From: Pseudomonadota bacterium
GTDB lineage: Bacteria > Myxococcota > JACRCW01 > JAFGSX01
DNA: 64,000 nucleotides
Assembly: GCA_043821645.1 (NCBI GenBank)
Contig: JBDRCO010000072.1
Coordinates: 64,001-128,000 of the forward strand
Reading direction: 5' to 3'
Part shown: one piece after another, positions 19,036 to 28,487 of the stretch
How the letters are laid out: every line of letters begins with the position of its first letter
How positions within the stretch are numbered: position 1 is the first letter of the stretch
Made by a program: the position numbers and the translations under genes
Notes under the pieces: generated by a model
Database searches by the model: none
Told to the model about the DNA's origin: nothing
The model's input: the letters and a program-made list of their open reading frames with translations, nothing else

Positions 19036-19101
19036 ATCGCCGCGGGGCCCGGTGGCGCACTGGCCGAGGTGAACACGGCAGTCCTGGCTGGACCGCGTCG
19101 T

Positions 19102-20391
19102 TCAACGCGGGGGTTCCACCACCGAGAAGTCCTGCGGATCGAAGCCTGCGGGCCGTGTGGCGTCGATGACCCACTTGCTGGTGGTCTCGGTGCGCGGGTC
19201 GCGCGAGGGATCCAGCGACGAGCCGTGGGCGCCGCCGACGATGACCAGGTCGCGGTCGGGTTGCACCCGCGTGGCGATGGCCCACTCCACGGCCACGGGG
19301 TCGTGAATGTCGACATCGCCGTCGACGACGACCACGCGCTTGAGCGACGGATGTGCGGCGAGGGCGGCCAGGCCGGCGTTCTTGCCCTGACCCGCGGCGC
19401 GCTGGTCGATGGACACCACGGCGTGCAGCCAGCCGCACCCGCCCTCGCTGAGCACCACGTCGCGCAGGCCGGCGACGGTGTTCTGCACGATGCGGAAGAT
19501 GCGCGGCTCCTGGGGCACACCCATCAGGATGCGATGCTCGGAGCCTCCGGGCAGGATCACCTGGTAGATGTAATCATCGCGGTGATACAGCCGTTGCACC
19601 TCGAGCACGGGCTGCTGGCGGATGCCGTCGTAGGTGCCGGTGAGGTCGACAAAGGGTCCCTCGTCGGCGAGCTCGCCCGTGAAGCGCGCCTTCCACACCA
19701 TCTCGGCGCCCGCGGGCACCTGCAGTCCGTCGAGGTCGAAGACGTCCAGGGGCTGGCCGAGCAGCGAGGCGGCACAGGCCATCTCGTCGAAGTCGGGGCC
19801 AAAGCTGATGGCCGCAGCGAGCCCGACCGCCGGGTGCAGGCCCACCACCACCGCGACCTCGGCCTGGCCACCTCCCAGCTCCAGGATCTGGTGCAGGTGG
19901 CGGGGCACGATGCGCACGGCAAAGCGGTTTCCGCCCAGGTACATCATGCGGTGATACGACAGGTTCATGCCGAAGGCCGGGTGGCGGGCGCAGATCACGC
20001 AGGCCGAGGCGTACACCCGCTCGCTGCGCGGGTAGAAGCGCATCAAGGGAACCAGGCTGTCGAGCTGCGGCGTGGCATGCTGGTTGGCGAGAAAGGGGGC
20101 GTCGGTGACGACGCGTAGCTCGCCGGGCGTCGAGATCGCGTCGGCCACATGGCGTACCAGCCCTTCGACGCTGCAGTCCAGGGCCCTGGCCAGCAAGGGA
20201 CGGGTGGCTGCGATGTTGGCGAGCACAGGGGTACGATGGCCCTCGAGGTTCTCGAGCAGCACCGCGCGCGATCCGGCGTCGAAGATGCGGCGCGCGGCCT
20301 GGTAGTTCGTGCTCAGGGGCTCCCGCACGCGATCGAGCCAGCCCAGGCTGTCGGCCTGCTGCACGAAGAAGCGAAGATCTGGACTGCTCAT
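19102..20391 (-). CDS. UbiD-family prFMN decarboxylase, probable anhydromevalonate-phosphate decarboxylase
   Basis: 429 aa from ATG 20391. Motifs YHRM, EGPFVDLTGTYD, LPGGSEH..LMG.P.EP, GGCGWLHAVVSI, AHPSLK.VVVVD, VEWAIATR and GSSLDPS. Confidence 0.85.
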   Translation of the reverse strand: MSSPDLRFFVQQADSLGWLDRVREPLSTNYQAARRIFDAGSRAVLLENLEGHRTPVLANIAATRPLLARALDCSVEGLVRHVADAISTPGELRVVTDAPFLANQHATPQLDSLVPLMRFYPRSERVYASACVICARHPAFGMNLSYHRMMYLGGNRFAVRIVPRHLHQILELGGGQAEVAVVVGLHPAVGLAAAISFGPDFDEMACAASLLGQPLDVFDLDGLQVPAGAEMVWKARFTGELADEGPFVDLTGTYDGIRQQPVLEVQRLYHRDDYIYQVILPGGSEHRILMGVPQEPRIFRIVQNTVAGLRDVVLSEGGCGWLHAVVSIDQRAAGQGKNAGLAALAAHPSLKRVVVVDGDVDIHDPVAVEWAIATRVQPDRDLVIVGGAHGSSLDPSRDPRTETTSKWVIDATRPAGFDPQDFSVVEPPR

Positions 20392-20443
20392 CGCCACATC
20401 CTCATGGTCGGGAACAGGGACGTGCGAGCTCGTGGCCTGGCCC

Positions 20444-21979
20444 TCAGAACTCGACGCGCCGCACCTCCCAGCTGCCTGCAGTGACACGCATGGGCGAGAC
20501 CCAGCGCGACTTGTTGCCGTGCGCGATCTCGATCTCGTACACCTCCGGAGCCAGCTCCGCAGCCTCCCCTCCTCGCACGGTGACCGAAGGCGCCTTCGAA
20601 CTCTTCTTGTAAAACCGAACCTCCGCGTCGACGCGGCTGCCGCGGTCGAAGGTGTCCAGGGTCAGGGTCCCGCGCTCGATGTTGACCAGGCGACGGGTCT
20701 CGCTCCCGCTCTCGATGACGACGTCCTTCAGTTGCTCGAGGTCGCCGCCGCGACCATTTGGATAGAGCACATCGATATCGTAGCGCCCCGCCGCGATGGT
20801 CATGGGCTCGCCCGCCGCCCCTCCCGTGAGCTTCTGTCGCGGCGAGCTGGTCCACACGGTCAACGCCGCCACCTCGGGTTTGCCGTTCTTGGTGGCGTCG
20901 ACGCGCAGCACGCCCGGCGTGAAGTTCAGGTGCAGCCGCTCGTTGCGGCCGACGCGGATCGTGACGGTGCGCTCCATGCCCAGCTCGCGGGGTCGTGCCG
21001 CGTCGTAGGACACGCTGTCGTCGAGGACCGCGCGCAATCGGTAGCGACCGGGCGAAAGATCCACATCCTGGTTCGCAGCGGTGAAGTTGAAATAATCAGT
21101 CGCCGCCGGCAGGTAGAGGTAGACGCGGCTGGGCACGGTCTCGCCGTAGAGCCGGGTGTCGACGTGCAGGGTGCCCATGGTGAAGGCCACGCGCTCGCGC
21201 CGGGCCTTGCCAGGAAGCACCTCGACCTTGCGCAGGCGCTTGCCCTCGAAGTCGTACGAGCTCTCCAGCGACACCACCAGGTCGTAGGCGCCCGGCGGCA
21301 CCAGTGCCTCGTGCCCGGTGGCAAACTCCGTCAGTCGCTCGGTGCTCCCCGGAGGGAACAGGGTCACCAGCCCCGCCGCGGCCTTGCCATTGCGCAGGGC
21401 ATTGACGACCAGCGTGCCGTCGGAGAGATCCAGCGTGAGCCGGGCCGTGCGCCCCGCGGCCACCTGCACCGCGCGGGTCACCTGGCACGGCAAGGCCCCC
21501 TCCTGCTCGAAGCGCACCCGTACCTGGTAGCGTCCTGCCGGAACGCGCAGTTCATTGCCACTGCGGCCCTGGGCCACCACGATCTCGAGGCGCGGCTCCA
21601 GCACCTCCACCTCGGCGGTAACACGGCCGCCATCGCGCAGGGTCTGCACCACCACGTTGCCCCGGCGCAAGGACAGACGCTGGTGAGTGGTCGCCCCGGA
21701 ACGCACCACCACATTGTCGACGACGCTGACCACGCCACCCTCGGCGTCACGGCACTCCACCCGCACCTGGTAACGACCCGCGGCGAGACGCAGGGGCTCC
21801 CCCAGCGAGCCGTCGAGGGCGAGCTCCCGGGGCCTCTCCTTGGCGTAGGCAAAACCCCGGCAGCGCTCGGTGTGCTCCTGGCCATCGACCAGGACCTGGA
21901 ACTGGATCAGTCCTGGCACCTCGTACTGCGCCGGGGCGACGACGAGCAGAGCACCCCACAGCGTCGCCACCACCGCCAT
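20444..21979 (-). CDS. Secreted protein with about six PEGA-like beta-sandwich repeats
   Basis: Signal peptide. Recurring LAAGRYQVRV, VPAGRYQVRV, VPPGAYDLVV, LSPGRYRLRA, IAAGRYDIDV and LAPEVYEIEI. Confidence 0.8.
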   Translation of the reverse strand: MAVVATLWGALLVVAPAQYEVPGLIQFQVLVDGQEHTERCRGFAYAKERPRELALDGSLGEPLRLAAGRYQVRVECRDAEGGVVSVVDNVVVRSGATTHQRLSLRRGNVVVQTLRDGGRVTAEVEVLEPRLEIVVAQGRSGNELRVPAGRYQVRVRFEQEGALPCQVTRAVQVAAGRTARLTLDLSDGTLVVNALRNGKAAAGLVTLFPPGSTERLTEFATGHEALVPPGAYDLVVSLESSYDFEGKRLRKVEVLPGKARRERVAFTMGTLHVDTRLYGETVPSRVYLYLPAATDYFNFTAANQDVDLSPGRYRLRAVLDDSVSYDAARPRELGMERTVTIRVGRNERLHLNFTPGVLRVDATKNGKPEVAALTVWTSSPRQKLTGGAAGEPMTIAAGRYDIDVLYPNGRGGDLEQLKDVVIESGSETRRLVNIERGTLTLDTFDRGSRVDAEVRFYKKSSKAPSVTVRGGEAAELAPEVYEIEIAHGNKSRWVSPMRVTAGSWEVRRVEF

Positions 21980-23109
21980 CAGCGCCCCCGGGACCGCGGA
22001 CCCTTGCGCGGGGCGGGTGCCGGCGTGGCCGGTGCGTCGAGCTGTTGCAGGGCGGCCTGATCGCCCTGGGCCGTGAGCACCTCGCGCAACAGACTCCGGG
22101 CCCCGGCGTGATCCGCACGCCGCTCCAGGGCCTGTTCGAGCAGGCTCCGCGCCTGACCCAGATCCTTCTTGCCGACGGCGATGCGCGCCAGCTCGACGTA
22201 GCCATCGGCGAAGCTCGGGTCCTCGGTCACGCTTGCGCGCAGGATTCGCTCGCTCTCCTCGACGGAGCGGCCACCCACGCGGCGCAGCGACGCCGCCAGG
22301 GCCAGACGTGCCCGCTGATGGTCTGGTGCGCGCCGCAGCACGTCCCGGTAGCAGGCAATGGCGCCGGTCAGATCGTCCTTCTTCGCCAGCAACAGTCCCT
22401 TGTGAAAACGTGCACGCACCTTGGCGGGATCGAGATCCAGAGCGCGATCGTAACTATCCAGCGCCTTCTTGGGCAGCCCGTTGCCCGCGTAGGCATCCCC
22501 CAGGTGCGTGAACAGATCGGGGTTACCGCTACCATACGCCAGGGCGTCGGTGAGGGAGGTGACCGCGTCGTTGTACAGACCGGCGCGGAGCTGCGCATAG
22601 CCCAGGTCACCCATGAGGTCCGCGTCTTCGGGACGCGTGCGCCGGGCAGCCTTCAGGTGCGTGACGGCGGACTCCACCTCGCCCACCATCAGCTCGGTGA
22701 GGCCCAGCTCGTGGAGCAAGGGCCCGTCGCCGGGAACCGCGGCGATGCCCCGCCGGTAGACCTCGAGAGCCTTGGCTGGCTGCTCTGCCAGATCGTAGGA
22801 CATGCCGAGCACCAGGTAGGCTTTGGCCAGCTTCGGATCCAGGGCCAGAGCCTGGTCCAGGTGCTGGATGGTGAGGTCGGACTTGTCGAGCTGGGCGTAG
22901 GAGATGCCGAGGCCAAGATGCGCTCGCGCTTGCTGCTCGGGGGGCACACCCTTGAGCTTGAGGACGCGCTGCAGCACAGGGATGGCCTTGCTGGCCGCGC
23001 CGCTCTCGGCGTAGGTTGTGCCTGCGCGCAGCAGCTCCTCGGCAGTGAGCGCCCGGACCGTGTTCGGCAACAAGCACAGGACAGCCGCGATCAGGAGGAC
23101 AGGTCGCAT
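21979..23109 (-). CDS. Exported tetratricopeptide repeat protein
   Basis: Start re-called at ATG 23109 (MRPVLLIAAVLC signal). Repeated TPR patterns such as ALALDP..A.AY..LG. Confidence 0.88.
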   Translation of the reverse strand: MRPVLLIAAVLCLLPNTVRALTAEELLRAGTTYAESGAASKAIPVLQRVLKLKGVPPEQQARAHLGLGISYAQLDKSDLTIQHLDQALALDPKLAKAYLVLGMSYDLAEQPAKALEVYRRGIAAVPGDGPLLHELGLTELMVGEVESAVTHLKAARRTRPEDADLMGDLGYAQLRAGLYNDAVTSLTDALAYGSGNPDLFTHLGDAYAGNGLPKKALDSYDRALDLDPAKVRARFHKGLLLAKKDDLTGAIACYRDVLRRAPDHQRARLALAASLRRVGGRSVEESERILRASVTEDPSFADGYVELARIAVGKKDLGQARSLLEQALERRADHAGARSLLREVLTAQGDQAALQQLDAPATPAPAPRKGPRSRGR

Positions 23110-23143
23110 GCGCCCTCTATACCGCACTTGGGCACGGTGGGCG

Positions 23144-23764
23144 ATGCACGGTGTGTGGGCCTTGCTGCTGATGTCACTGCCGACCCGGAGCGCCGCCCAT
23201 AACCTGGCCAGCATCGACGCGCGGCTGGAGCTGCGAGGGGCTCGTGCCGACCTCCTGATGCGCCTGGACCTGCGCGATCTGCGACATCTGGTCGAGGTGG
23301 ATGCGGACGCCGATGGTCGTCTGACCCCTGCCGAGGTACTGGCCACCCGCGACGCCGTCGCCGAGCTCCTGGCCCAGTCCCTGCGCCTGGTGGCCGAGCC
23401 AGACACCACGTCCTGTCCGGTGCACCTGGCCGGCTTCAAGCTCGCCGATTTCTCCACCGTCGACGTGCACCTGCGCTTCTCGTGCAGCCATGCGATCGGC
23501 GGCGCGACCCTGCACAGTGGCCTGTTCGGGGGCACCGGCCATCGCTACCAGCTGCACCTCGTGGTGACGCGCGGCGACTGGTCCGAGACGCTGCAACTGG
23601 ATGACGCCCACAACCGCGCCGTGCTGTCGGCGCCGCCTGCTGCGCACGCAGTGGCGTGGTGGCTTGGGCTCTGCTCCCTGGCCGTGGCGGTGGCGGCTGG
23701 ACTGTTGCTGTGGGTACGCAGGGATCGCAAGGCAAACGGCCCGCCTGCCTCCCCGCGGGGCTGA
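23144..23764 (+). CDS. Exported protein with an EF-hand-like loop and a C-terminal TM anchor
   Basis: Signal peptide ending SAAH, DADADGRLTPAE loop, C-terminal TM followed by basic residues. Confidence 0.65.
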   Translation: MHGVWALLLMSLPTRSAAHNLASIDARLELRGARADLLMRLDLRDLRHLVEVDADADGRLTPAEVLATRDAVAELLAQSLRLVAEPDTTSCPVHLAGFKLADFSTVDVHLRFSCSHAIGGATLHSGLFGGTGHRYQLHLVVTRGDWSETLQLDDAHNRAVLSAPPAAHAVAWWLGLCSLAVAVAAGLLLWVRRDRKANGPPASPRG

Positions 23765-23774
23765 CCTTCAGGGA

Positions 23775-24422
23775 TCAGGGGGCCGCGACCGGGCTCTCCG
23801 TCGACGGGCCTGGGGCTGCGACCGGCATCTCGAGCATCTCGACCATTTCCAGGGCGTCCTCTTCCATCTCGAGGACCAAGCCATCGACGCGACTCAACAC
23901 GTAGCGATAGGCCACCAGCGCCGGGATCGCCACGATGAGGCCGTAGGCCGTGGTGAGCAGAGCCTCCCAGATGCCGGAGGCGAGATCGGCGGGGTTGCCG
24001 ACGCCTTGCTTGGTGACGTCCTGGAACACGCGGATCATGCCGGTGACCGTTCCCAGCAGGCCCAGCAGTGGCGCGATCGCGGCGACGATGCCGATGACGC
24101 CGACGAAGCGCTCCAGGTTCGCCGCCTCGTGGCGTCCAACCTCCTGCACCGCCTCCTTGATCTCGGCGCGCACGCGACCCCGGCGCTTGAGACCCGCCGC
24201 CAGCACCGCCGCCACCGAGGAGCTGTGATTCTGGCACAGGACGAGGGCATCACCGGTCTTGCCGCTGCCCACCAGGTCGTGGATCTTGCGCACGAAGCTC
24301 GCAGGCACCACGCGCCCGCGCTGCAGGCTCCACAGCCGCTCGAGGAGGACCGCCAGGGCGATCACCGAGCAGGCCGCGATGATGTACATGAGCACGCCAC
24401 CGCGCTGGAAGAGGTCGAGCAT
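23775..24422 (-). CDS. MotA/TolQ/ExbB proton channel family protein
   Basis: MLDLFQRGG start with AAGGAG RBS. APLLGLLGTVTGMI, GIWEALLTTAYGLIVAIP. Confidence 0.93.
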   Translation of the reverse strand: MLDLFQRGGVLMYIIAACSVIALAVLLERLWSLQRGRVVPASFVRKIHDLVGSGKTGDALVLCQNHSSSVAAVLAAGLKRRGRVRAEIKEAVQEVGRHEAANLERFVGVIGIVAAIAPLLGLLGTVTGMIRVFQDVTKQGVGNPADLASGIWEALLTTAYGLIVAIPALVAYRYVLSRVDGLVLEMEEDALEMVEMLEMPVAAPGPSTESPVAAP

Positions 24423-24587
24423 GTTGCGCTCCTTGATCCCCGCACAGGTCTGGCCGCGGCTCCACGCCGCGCTGCGGGGCGAATGTACCCGGTCCACCTG
24501 CCCTGTGCCAGCGGGCTCTGATTTTCCCGCCGGAGTCCGCCGTGGCTGGCGGCCCTGAGAACAGCGCAGCAATGGCCTGACACCGAT

Positions 24588-25115
24588 CTACCTGTCGGGC
24601 GTTGTATCCAGGGCTCCGCCGATGGCCCGGGCAAGGTCCTCGTAGGCCTGCACGCCCTCGCGATCCCACACCACCCTCCGCGCAGCGTCGACAACGATCA
24701 CGCGCGGGACACGCACGACCGGCCCCAGAGGGGAGCTGCCGGCGGCAAGACCGGGGCCGGCGCGCAGTACCGGAAAGGGGGATCCGAGCGCGTCGGCAAA
24801 GATGCGCACCACGCGCCCGTTGTCCGGGTCCATGGCCACCAGCACGATCTGCAGTCCTCGGCCTGCGAATTGCTCGTCGAGTGCCCGCAACTTGTTCTGG
24901 TCGGCCAGGCAGGCATCACAGCCCGTGGTGAGGAGGTACAGCACCAGCACACGCCCTGGCAGCTGCGCCGCGCTCGTCTCCCTGCCCTCCAGGGTCCACA
25001 GGCTCAGCTCCGCCACACGCGGCCCGCGGCTCGTGGTGGCGCACGCACTTGCCAGGAGGAACAGCACGACCAGCGCCTGCGCCATGCAGGACATGAGGCG
25101 AGGCCACGCCTGCAT
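24588..25115 (-). CDS. TlpA/ResA-like thioredoxin-fold lipoprotein
   Basis: Lipobox LASAC, CDAC active site, cis-Pro region RVPRVIVVD. Start uncertain (25115 or 25085). Confidence 0.75.
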   Translation of the reverse strand: MQAWPRLMSCMAQALVVLFLLASACATTSRGPRVAELSLWTLEGRETSAAQLPGRVLVLYLLTTGCDACLADQNKLRALDEQFAGRGLQIVLVAMDPDNGRVVRIFADALGSPFPVLRAGPGLAAGSSPLGPVVRVPRVIVVDAARRVVWDREGVQAYEDLARAIGGALDTTPDR

Positions 25116-25144
25116 CCTGCCTGGCCGCACGACCACCCCCGTCG

Positions 25145-25729
25145 TCAGTAGTAGACCGTGTAGCCCGCCAGCACCGAGACCGCCGGGAAGTAAATGGAGC
25201 CAATGGTAAAGAAGAACTCACCGGCCAGCTCCACGCTCAGGGACATCTCCTCGTGGAAGTACCACTCGAGACCTCCAGCTCCCCGCGCCGCCAGGAACAT
25301 GGCCTGCCCCCCGAGGGCCGGGTTGCCCTGCAATCCCGTCACCGTGTACAGGAACCACAGATAGTGCAGATCGGCTTCGACGTAGGGGCGAATGTCCTCG
25401 TCGAGGAAGTTGTAGCGAATGCCGGAGATGGCGCTGAGGCTGGTCAGCATCTGCGGCTCGTCCGGGGTCGTATCGTGGATGGGCAGCGAGAAGCCGAGCA
25501 TCAGGCGATAGGTCACCCAGAAATTGTATCCGATGGAGTTGGAGCCGCCCACGCCGAGCAGCACCGCGTCACTGGATCCGATGTCGTTGACCCCGAACAG
25601 CTCCAGGGTCAGGTAGCCCACCTGGGGCAGGAAGATCCCATTGTTGCGGAACTGTGCCCGCGCGGCGGTGGGCGCCAGCAGCGCCACCACCAGGACCAGC
25701 GCACCCCATCCTGCTCGACTCCCACTCAT
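25145..25729 (-). CDS. Small outer-membrane beta-barrel protein
   Basis: Signal peptide (ARA|Q), amphipathic strands (GIRYNF, RPYV, GLEWYF), terminal aromatic YTVYY. Confidence 0.75.
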   Translation of the reverse strand: MSGSRAGWGALVLVVALLAPTAARAQFRNNGIFLPQVGYLTLELFGVNDIGSSDAVLLGVGGSNSIGYNFWVTYRLMLGFSLPIHDTTPDEPQMLTSLSAISGIRYNFLDEDIRPYVEADLHYLWFLYTVTGLQGNPALGGQAMFLAARGAGGLEWYFHEEMSLSVELAGEFFFTIGSIYFPAVSVLAGYTVYY

Positions 25730-25876
25730 GGACCCACCTCGTCGCCTGCTGGAGCCTCAGGCTGCACCCGTTTGGGTATCTCTTTTTGCCAGCGCTGTCG
25801 ACCCGCTTGCCCAGGGCACCTGCACCCCGTATTCTCGGTCCGGTGGCGTGCTGGGTTGCGCCCTTGATCGGGGAGT

Positions 25877-27256
25877 ATGACGACGAGAAAAACGCAACAC
25901 CCGGCCGTCTCCCGTAGCTTACCTCGACGTCGATCGCGGTTGCGGGGCACTGCCGTCCTCGCCCTGGTCGCGCTGACCGCATGCCCCGAACTTCCGGACG
26001 TGTTGCCGCTCCTCGATGGTGGCGCGGTAGAGGCTGGCGCCGGTGATGGGCGCATCGCCGACCGGACGGGGGCAGATTTCGGCCACTTTGACGCAGCCGG
26101 CAACGACGCCTCCTGCGGCCCGAACACGCCGCTGTACGGAGATCCCTGCGGCGACTGTGGGATGTACCTGTGCGATCTGACCGGCGCCCTGGTGTGCATC
26201 GATCCCGGGCGCAATGCCTGCAACGTCTGCGGCGAGCTCGACGAGAGTGCCGGCCGCCTCGGTCATCCCTGTGGCAGCTGTGGCCAGGTGCAATGCACCG
26301 CGGATGGCCTGGCGACCCACTGCGTGGGCGAACACACCCCCAACGCCTGTGGCGGCTGTGAGCCCATCAACCCCGTCGACGCCGGCTCCCCTGACGCGCA
26401 CCTCAAAGGACCGCCGGGCGCGAGCTGCTCGTCGTGTGGCAGCGGGACCTGGCGCTGCACGGCGGACCTCAACGACCTGGCCTGCCACCGTGGTCGGGGT
26501 CTCACGGCCTGCGGCAGCTGTGAACGCTGCGTGCTCTACCACGCCACCATGGACCAGCGCTTCGGCGGCGCCTACCTCAAGGCGGGAACGCTGGCCCTGG
26601 TCGAGGACACCGGCACCGATGTCGACGTCGGCAGCAGCGAGGTGGCGGGTACCAGCCGCTCCCTGGTCTTCGATCCCCTCATCGCAGGACCGGGCGCCAG
26701 CGGACTGGCCCTGGCGTACGTTATGCTGTCCCCGACGGCCGATCCTGACGACTTCAACGCCATGCTGATGTTCCCCGAATTCTCGGCTAGCGGCGACGGG
26801 ATCCAGTCCGACGACCTGCGGCGCTACATCGTGTACAGCTGGATGTCCCTCGACGAGTACCGCTACGTGCTCATCTACGACTACTTTTTAGAGACCCTGA
26901 TCTCGGTGGGAGAGCTGGTGCCCGGGCCACCCCTCGCTGCCGGTGTCGACGGAGGCCTGGAAGACGCGACCCTGACCGATGGCGCGAGGCAGGACGGCCC
27001 CATCGCGGAGGGCGGTGCTGGTACCGACGCCGGCGCGGGAGACGCGGCCCATTCCGACGGCACTCTCGTCGACACCCGCGTCCCCGACGGCGCAATCTCC
27101 GACGGCGGACACGACACGTCACCCGACAGCAGCGCGGCTCTTGACGGCGGGCTTCCCGATCAGAACGCCGTCGACACGACGGTCGAGGATGTGAACACGA
27201 CGGACGCCCGGACCGAAGACCTGGTGCTCGAGGACGTCCCCACCGACGCCAACTGA
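25877..27256 (+). CDS. Cys-rich lipoprotein with an acidic DAG-rich tail
   Basis: Lipobox LTAC. Repeated C-G-x-C-G...C and NACxxC modules. Asp/Thr-rich C-terminus. Confidence 0.75.
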   Translation: MTTRKTQHPAVSRSLPRRRSRLRGTAVLALVALTACPELPDVLPLLDGGAVEAGAGDGRIADRTGADFGHFDAAGNDASCGPNTPLYGDPCGDCGMYLCDLTGALVCIDPGRNACNVCGELDESAGRLGHPCGSCGQVQCTADGLATHCVGEHTPNACGGCEPINPVDAGSPDAHLKGPPGASCSSCGSGTWRCTADLNDLACHRGRGLTACGSCERCVLYHATMDQRFGGAYLKAGTLALVEDTGTDVDVGSSEVAGTSRSLVFDPLIAGPGASGLALAYVMLSPTADPDDFNAMLMFPEFSASGDGIQSDDLRRYIVYSWMSLDEYRYVLIYDYFLETLISVGELVPGPPLAAGVDGGLEDATLTDGARQDGPIAEGGAGTDAGAGDAAHSDGTLVDTRVPDGAISDGGHDTSPDSSAALDGGLPDQNAVDTTVEDVNTTDARTEDLVLEDVPTDAN

Positions 27257-27306
27257 CCGCCTCCCGACCTCAGCGGAAGCGTCACGGGACGCCACCGGTC
27301 GTGGGG

Positions 27307-27326
27307 ACGTCGAGCCTCGACGTTTT
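27307..27326 (+). terminator. Possible intrinsic terminator between convergent genes
   Basis: ACGTCGA-GCC-TCGACGT stem followed by a short T run. Confidence 0.35.
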
Positions 27327-27333
27327 GCGAACC

Positions 27334-27906
27334 TTAGCGGGAACAACGCGGATACAGCGAACTCTCCTGCAGCGCCTGGGTACAGACCTCCAGAGTGTGA
27401 GGCGCAAGTGCATCCAGCTGCAAACGCAGCGCCTGCTCGCACGAGGACTGGCCCAGGCAGAGCCGACCACCGTCAGCCACGGGCCCGCAGGTCCTGTCAA
27501 CCAGGATGTCGCAGGTGTTGACGGCGTGGCAGTCGGGGTAACGCGCCGTGTCCTGCAGCGCGTTCCCGCAGCGCTCCAGGCCGTCCTCGAATTCCGTCAT
27601 CAGCGTCACCGCGGCGCAGGCCGGAGAATCCTGGCAGGCGTGATCCGCGCCGCAGACCCGGCTCATGAGGTCCGCGCAGGCTCCGCTGGTCAACCGGCCC
27701 AGGTAGTCCGTGCAGCGTGCTGGCCAGTCCAGGGTGTCGACCACACCAGCGTCGAGGGCGGCACCAAGGTACTGATCCCAGCACTCCTGGGCCGACAGAT
27801 TGTCAGCACTCAGATCGGTGGGCGCCCTGTCCTCTGCAGAACACTGCATGGCCGTCGAGCTGACCACGGCAAAACAGACAAGGAACACCGGCTTCAAGGT
27901 CGACAT
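27334..27906 (-). CDS. Cys-rich exported protein (two 6-Cys repeats)
   Basis: Start re-called at ATG 27906 with a signal-like N-terminus. Repeats end in ALQDTARYPDC and ALQESSLYPRC. Confidence 0.7.
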   Translation of the reverse strand: MSTLKPVFLVCFAVVSSTAMQCSAEDRAPTDLSADNLSAQECWDQYLGAALDAGVVDTLDWPARCTDYLGRLTSGACADLMSRVCGADHACQDSPACAAVTLMTEFEDGLERCGNALQDTARYPDCHAVNTCDILVDRTCGPVADGGRLCLGQSSCEQALRLQLDALAPHTLEVCTQALQESSLYPRCSR

Positions 27907-28421
27907 GGGGGATACAGCGCCTTCTCGTTGAGGGCCGACACACACCGCTCCTGGCGCTCGAACTCCTGCGCGCCAGTCTGCACATCGGACATGCCAGCGT
28001 CGGCCAGTGTGACGAGGGCGCCGACCAGGAGGTTGGCGTTGATGCAGGCGGGCGTCGCGTGGCAGGTGCGCGTACCCGTGGCAGGGTCCGGGCTCCCGCA
28101 CACCACCTGCACGAGCTCCGCGCAGGAGTCCCCATCGAGCACCACACCCCCCAGGTCGCGGCACACGGGATAGCGCGAGACATCCTGCAAAGCCTGCTGA
28201 CAGCGCTCGCCGCTGCGGTCTTGCTGCACCAGATAGCGCGCAGCCTCGCACGACAGCTCGTGTTCGCATTGCATGGCCGGACCACAGGTCGTGCTCAGGA
28301 GCACGGCACAGGCTTCCTCGGCCGGCACCAGACCCGCATCATCACCCAGGTTCTCCGGCAGCACGCAGGCCCCGAAGATGAGGCCGCCATAGACACCGAG
28401 CAGCAGGACCACGGTCTTCAT
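27894..28421 (-). CDS. Cys-rich lipoprotein (two 6-Cys repeats), paralog of the downstream gene
   Basis: MKTVVLLLG...FGAC lipobox. Repeats end in ALQDVSRYPVC and ALNEKALYPPC. Confidence 0.72.
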   Translation of the reverse strand: MKTVVLLLGVYGGLIFGACVLPENLGDDAGLVPAEEACAVLLSTTCGPAMQCEHELSCEAARYLVQQDRSGERCQQALQDVSRYPVCRDLGGVVLDGDSCAELVQVVCGSPDPATGTRTCHATPACINANLLVGALVTLADAGMSDVQTGAQEFERQERCVSALNEKALYPPCRP

Positions 28422-28487
28422 GAGTGTGTAGTATACTCCATATCGGTCGCCACACACCGTGCGACCCCTGATTGCTGGTGCTGTCTG

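Noticed and set aside
19102-20391. Classical ubiquinone UbiD (3-polyprenyl-4-hydroxybenzoate decarboxylase)
   Set aside because: It is shorter than classical UbiD, has EGPFVDLTGTY instead of EGPxGDHTGYY, has no ubiA nearby, and IPK is present.
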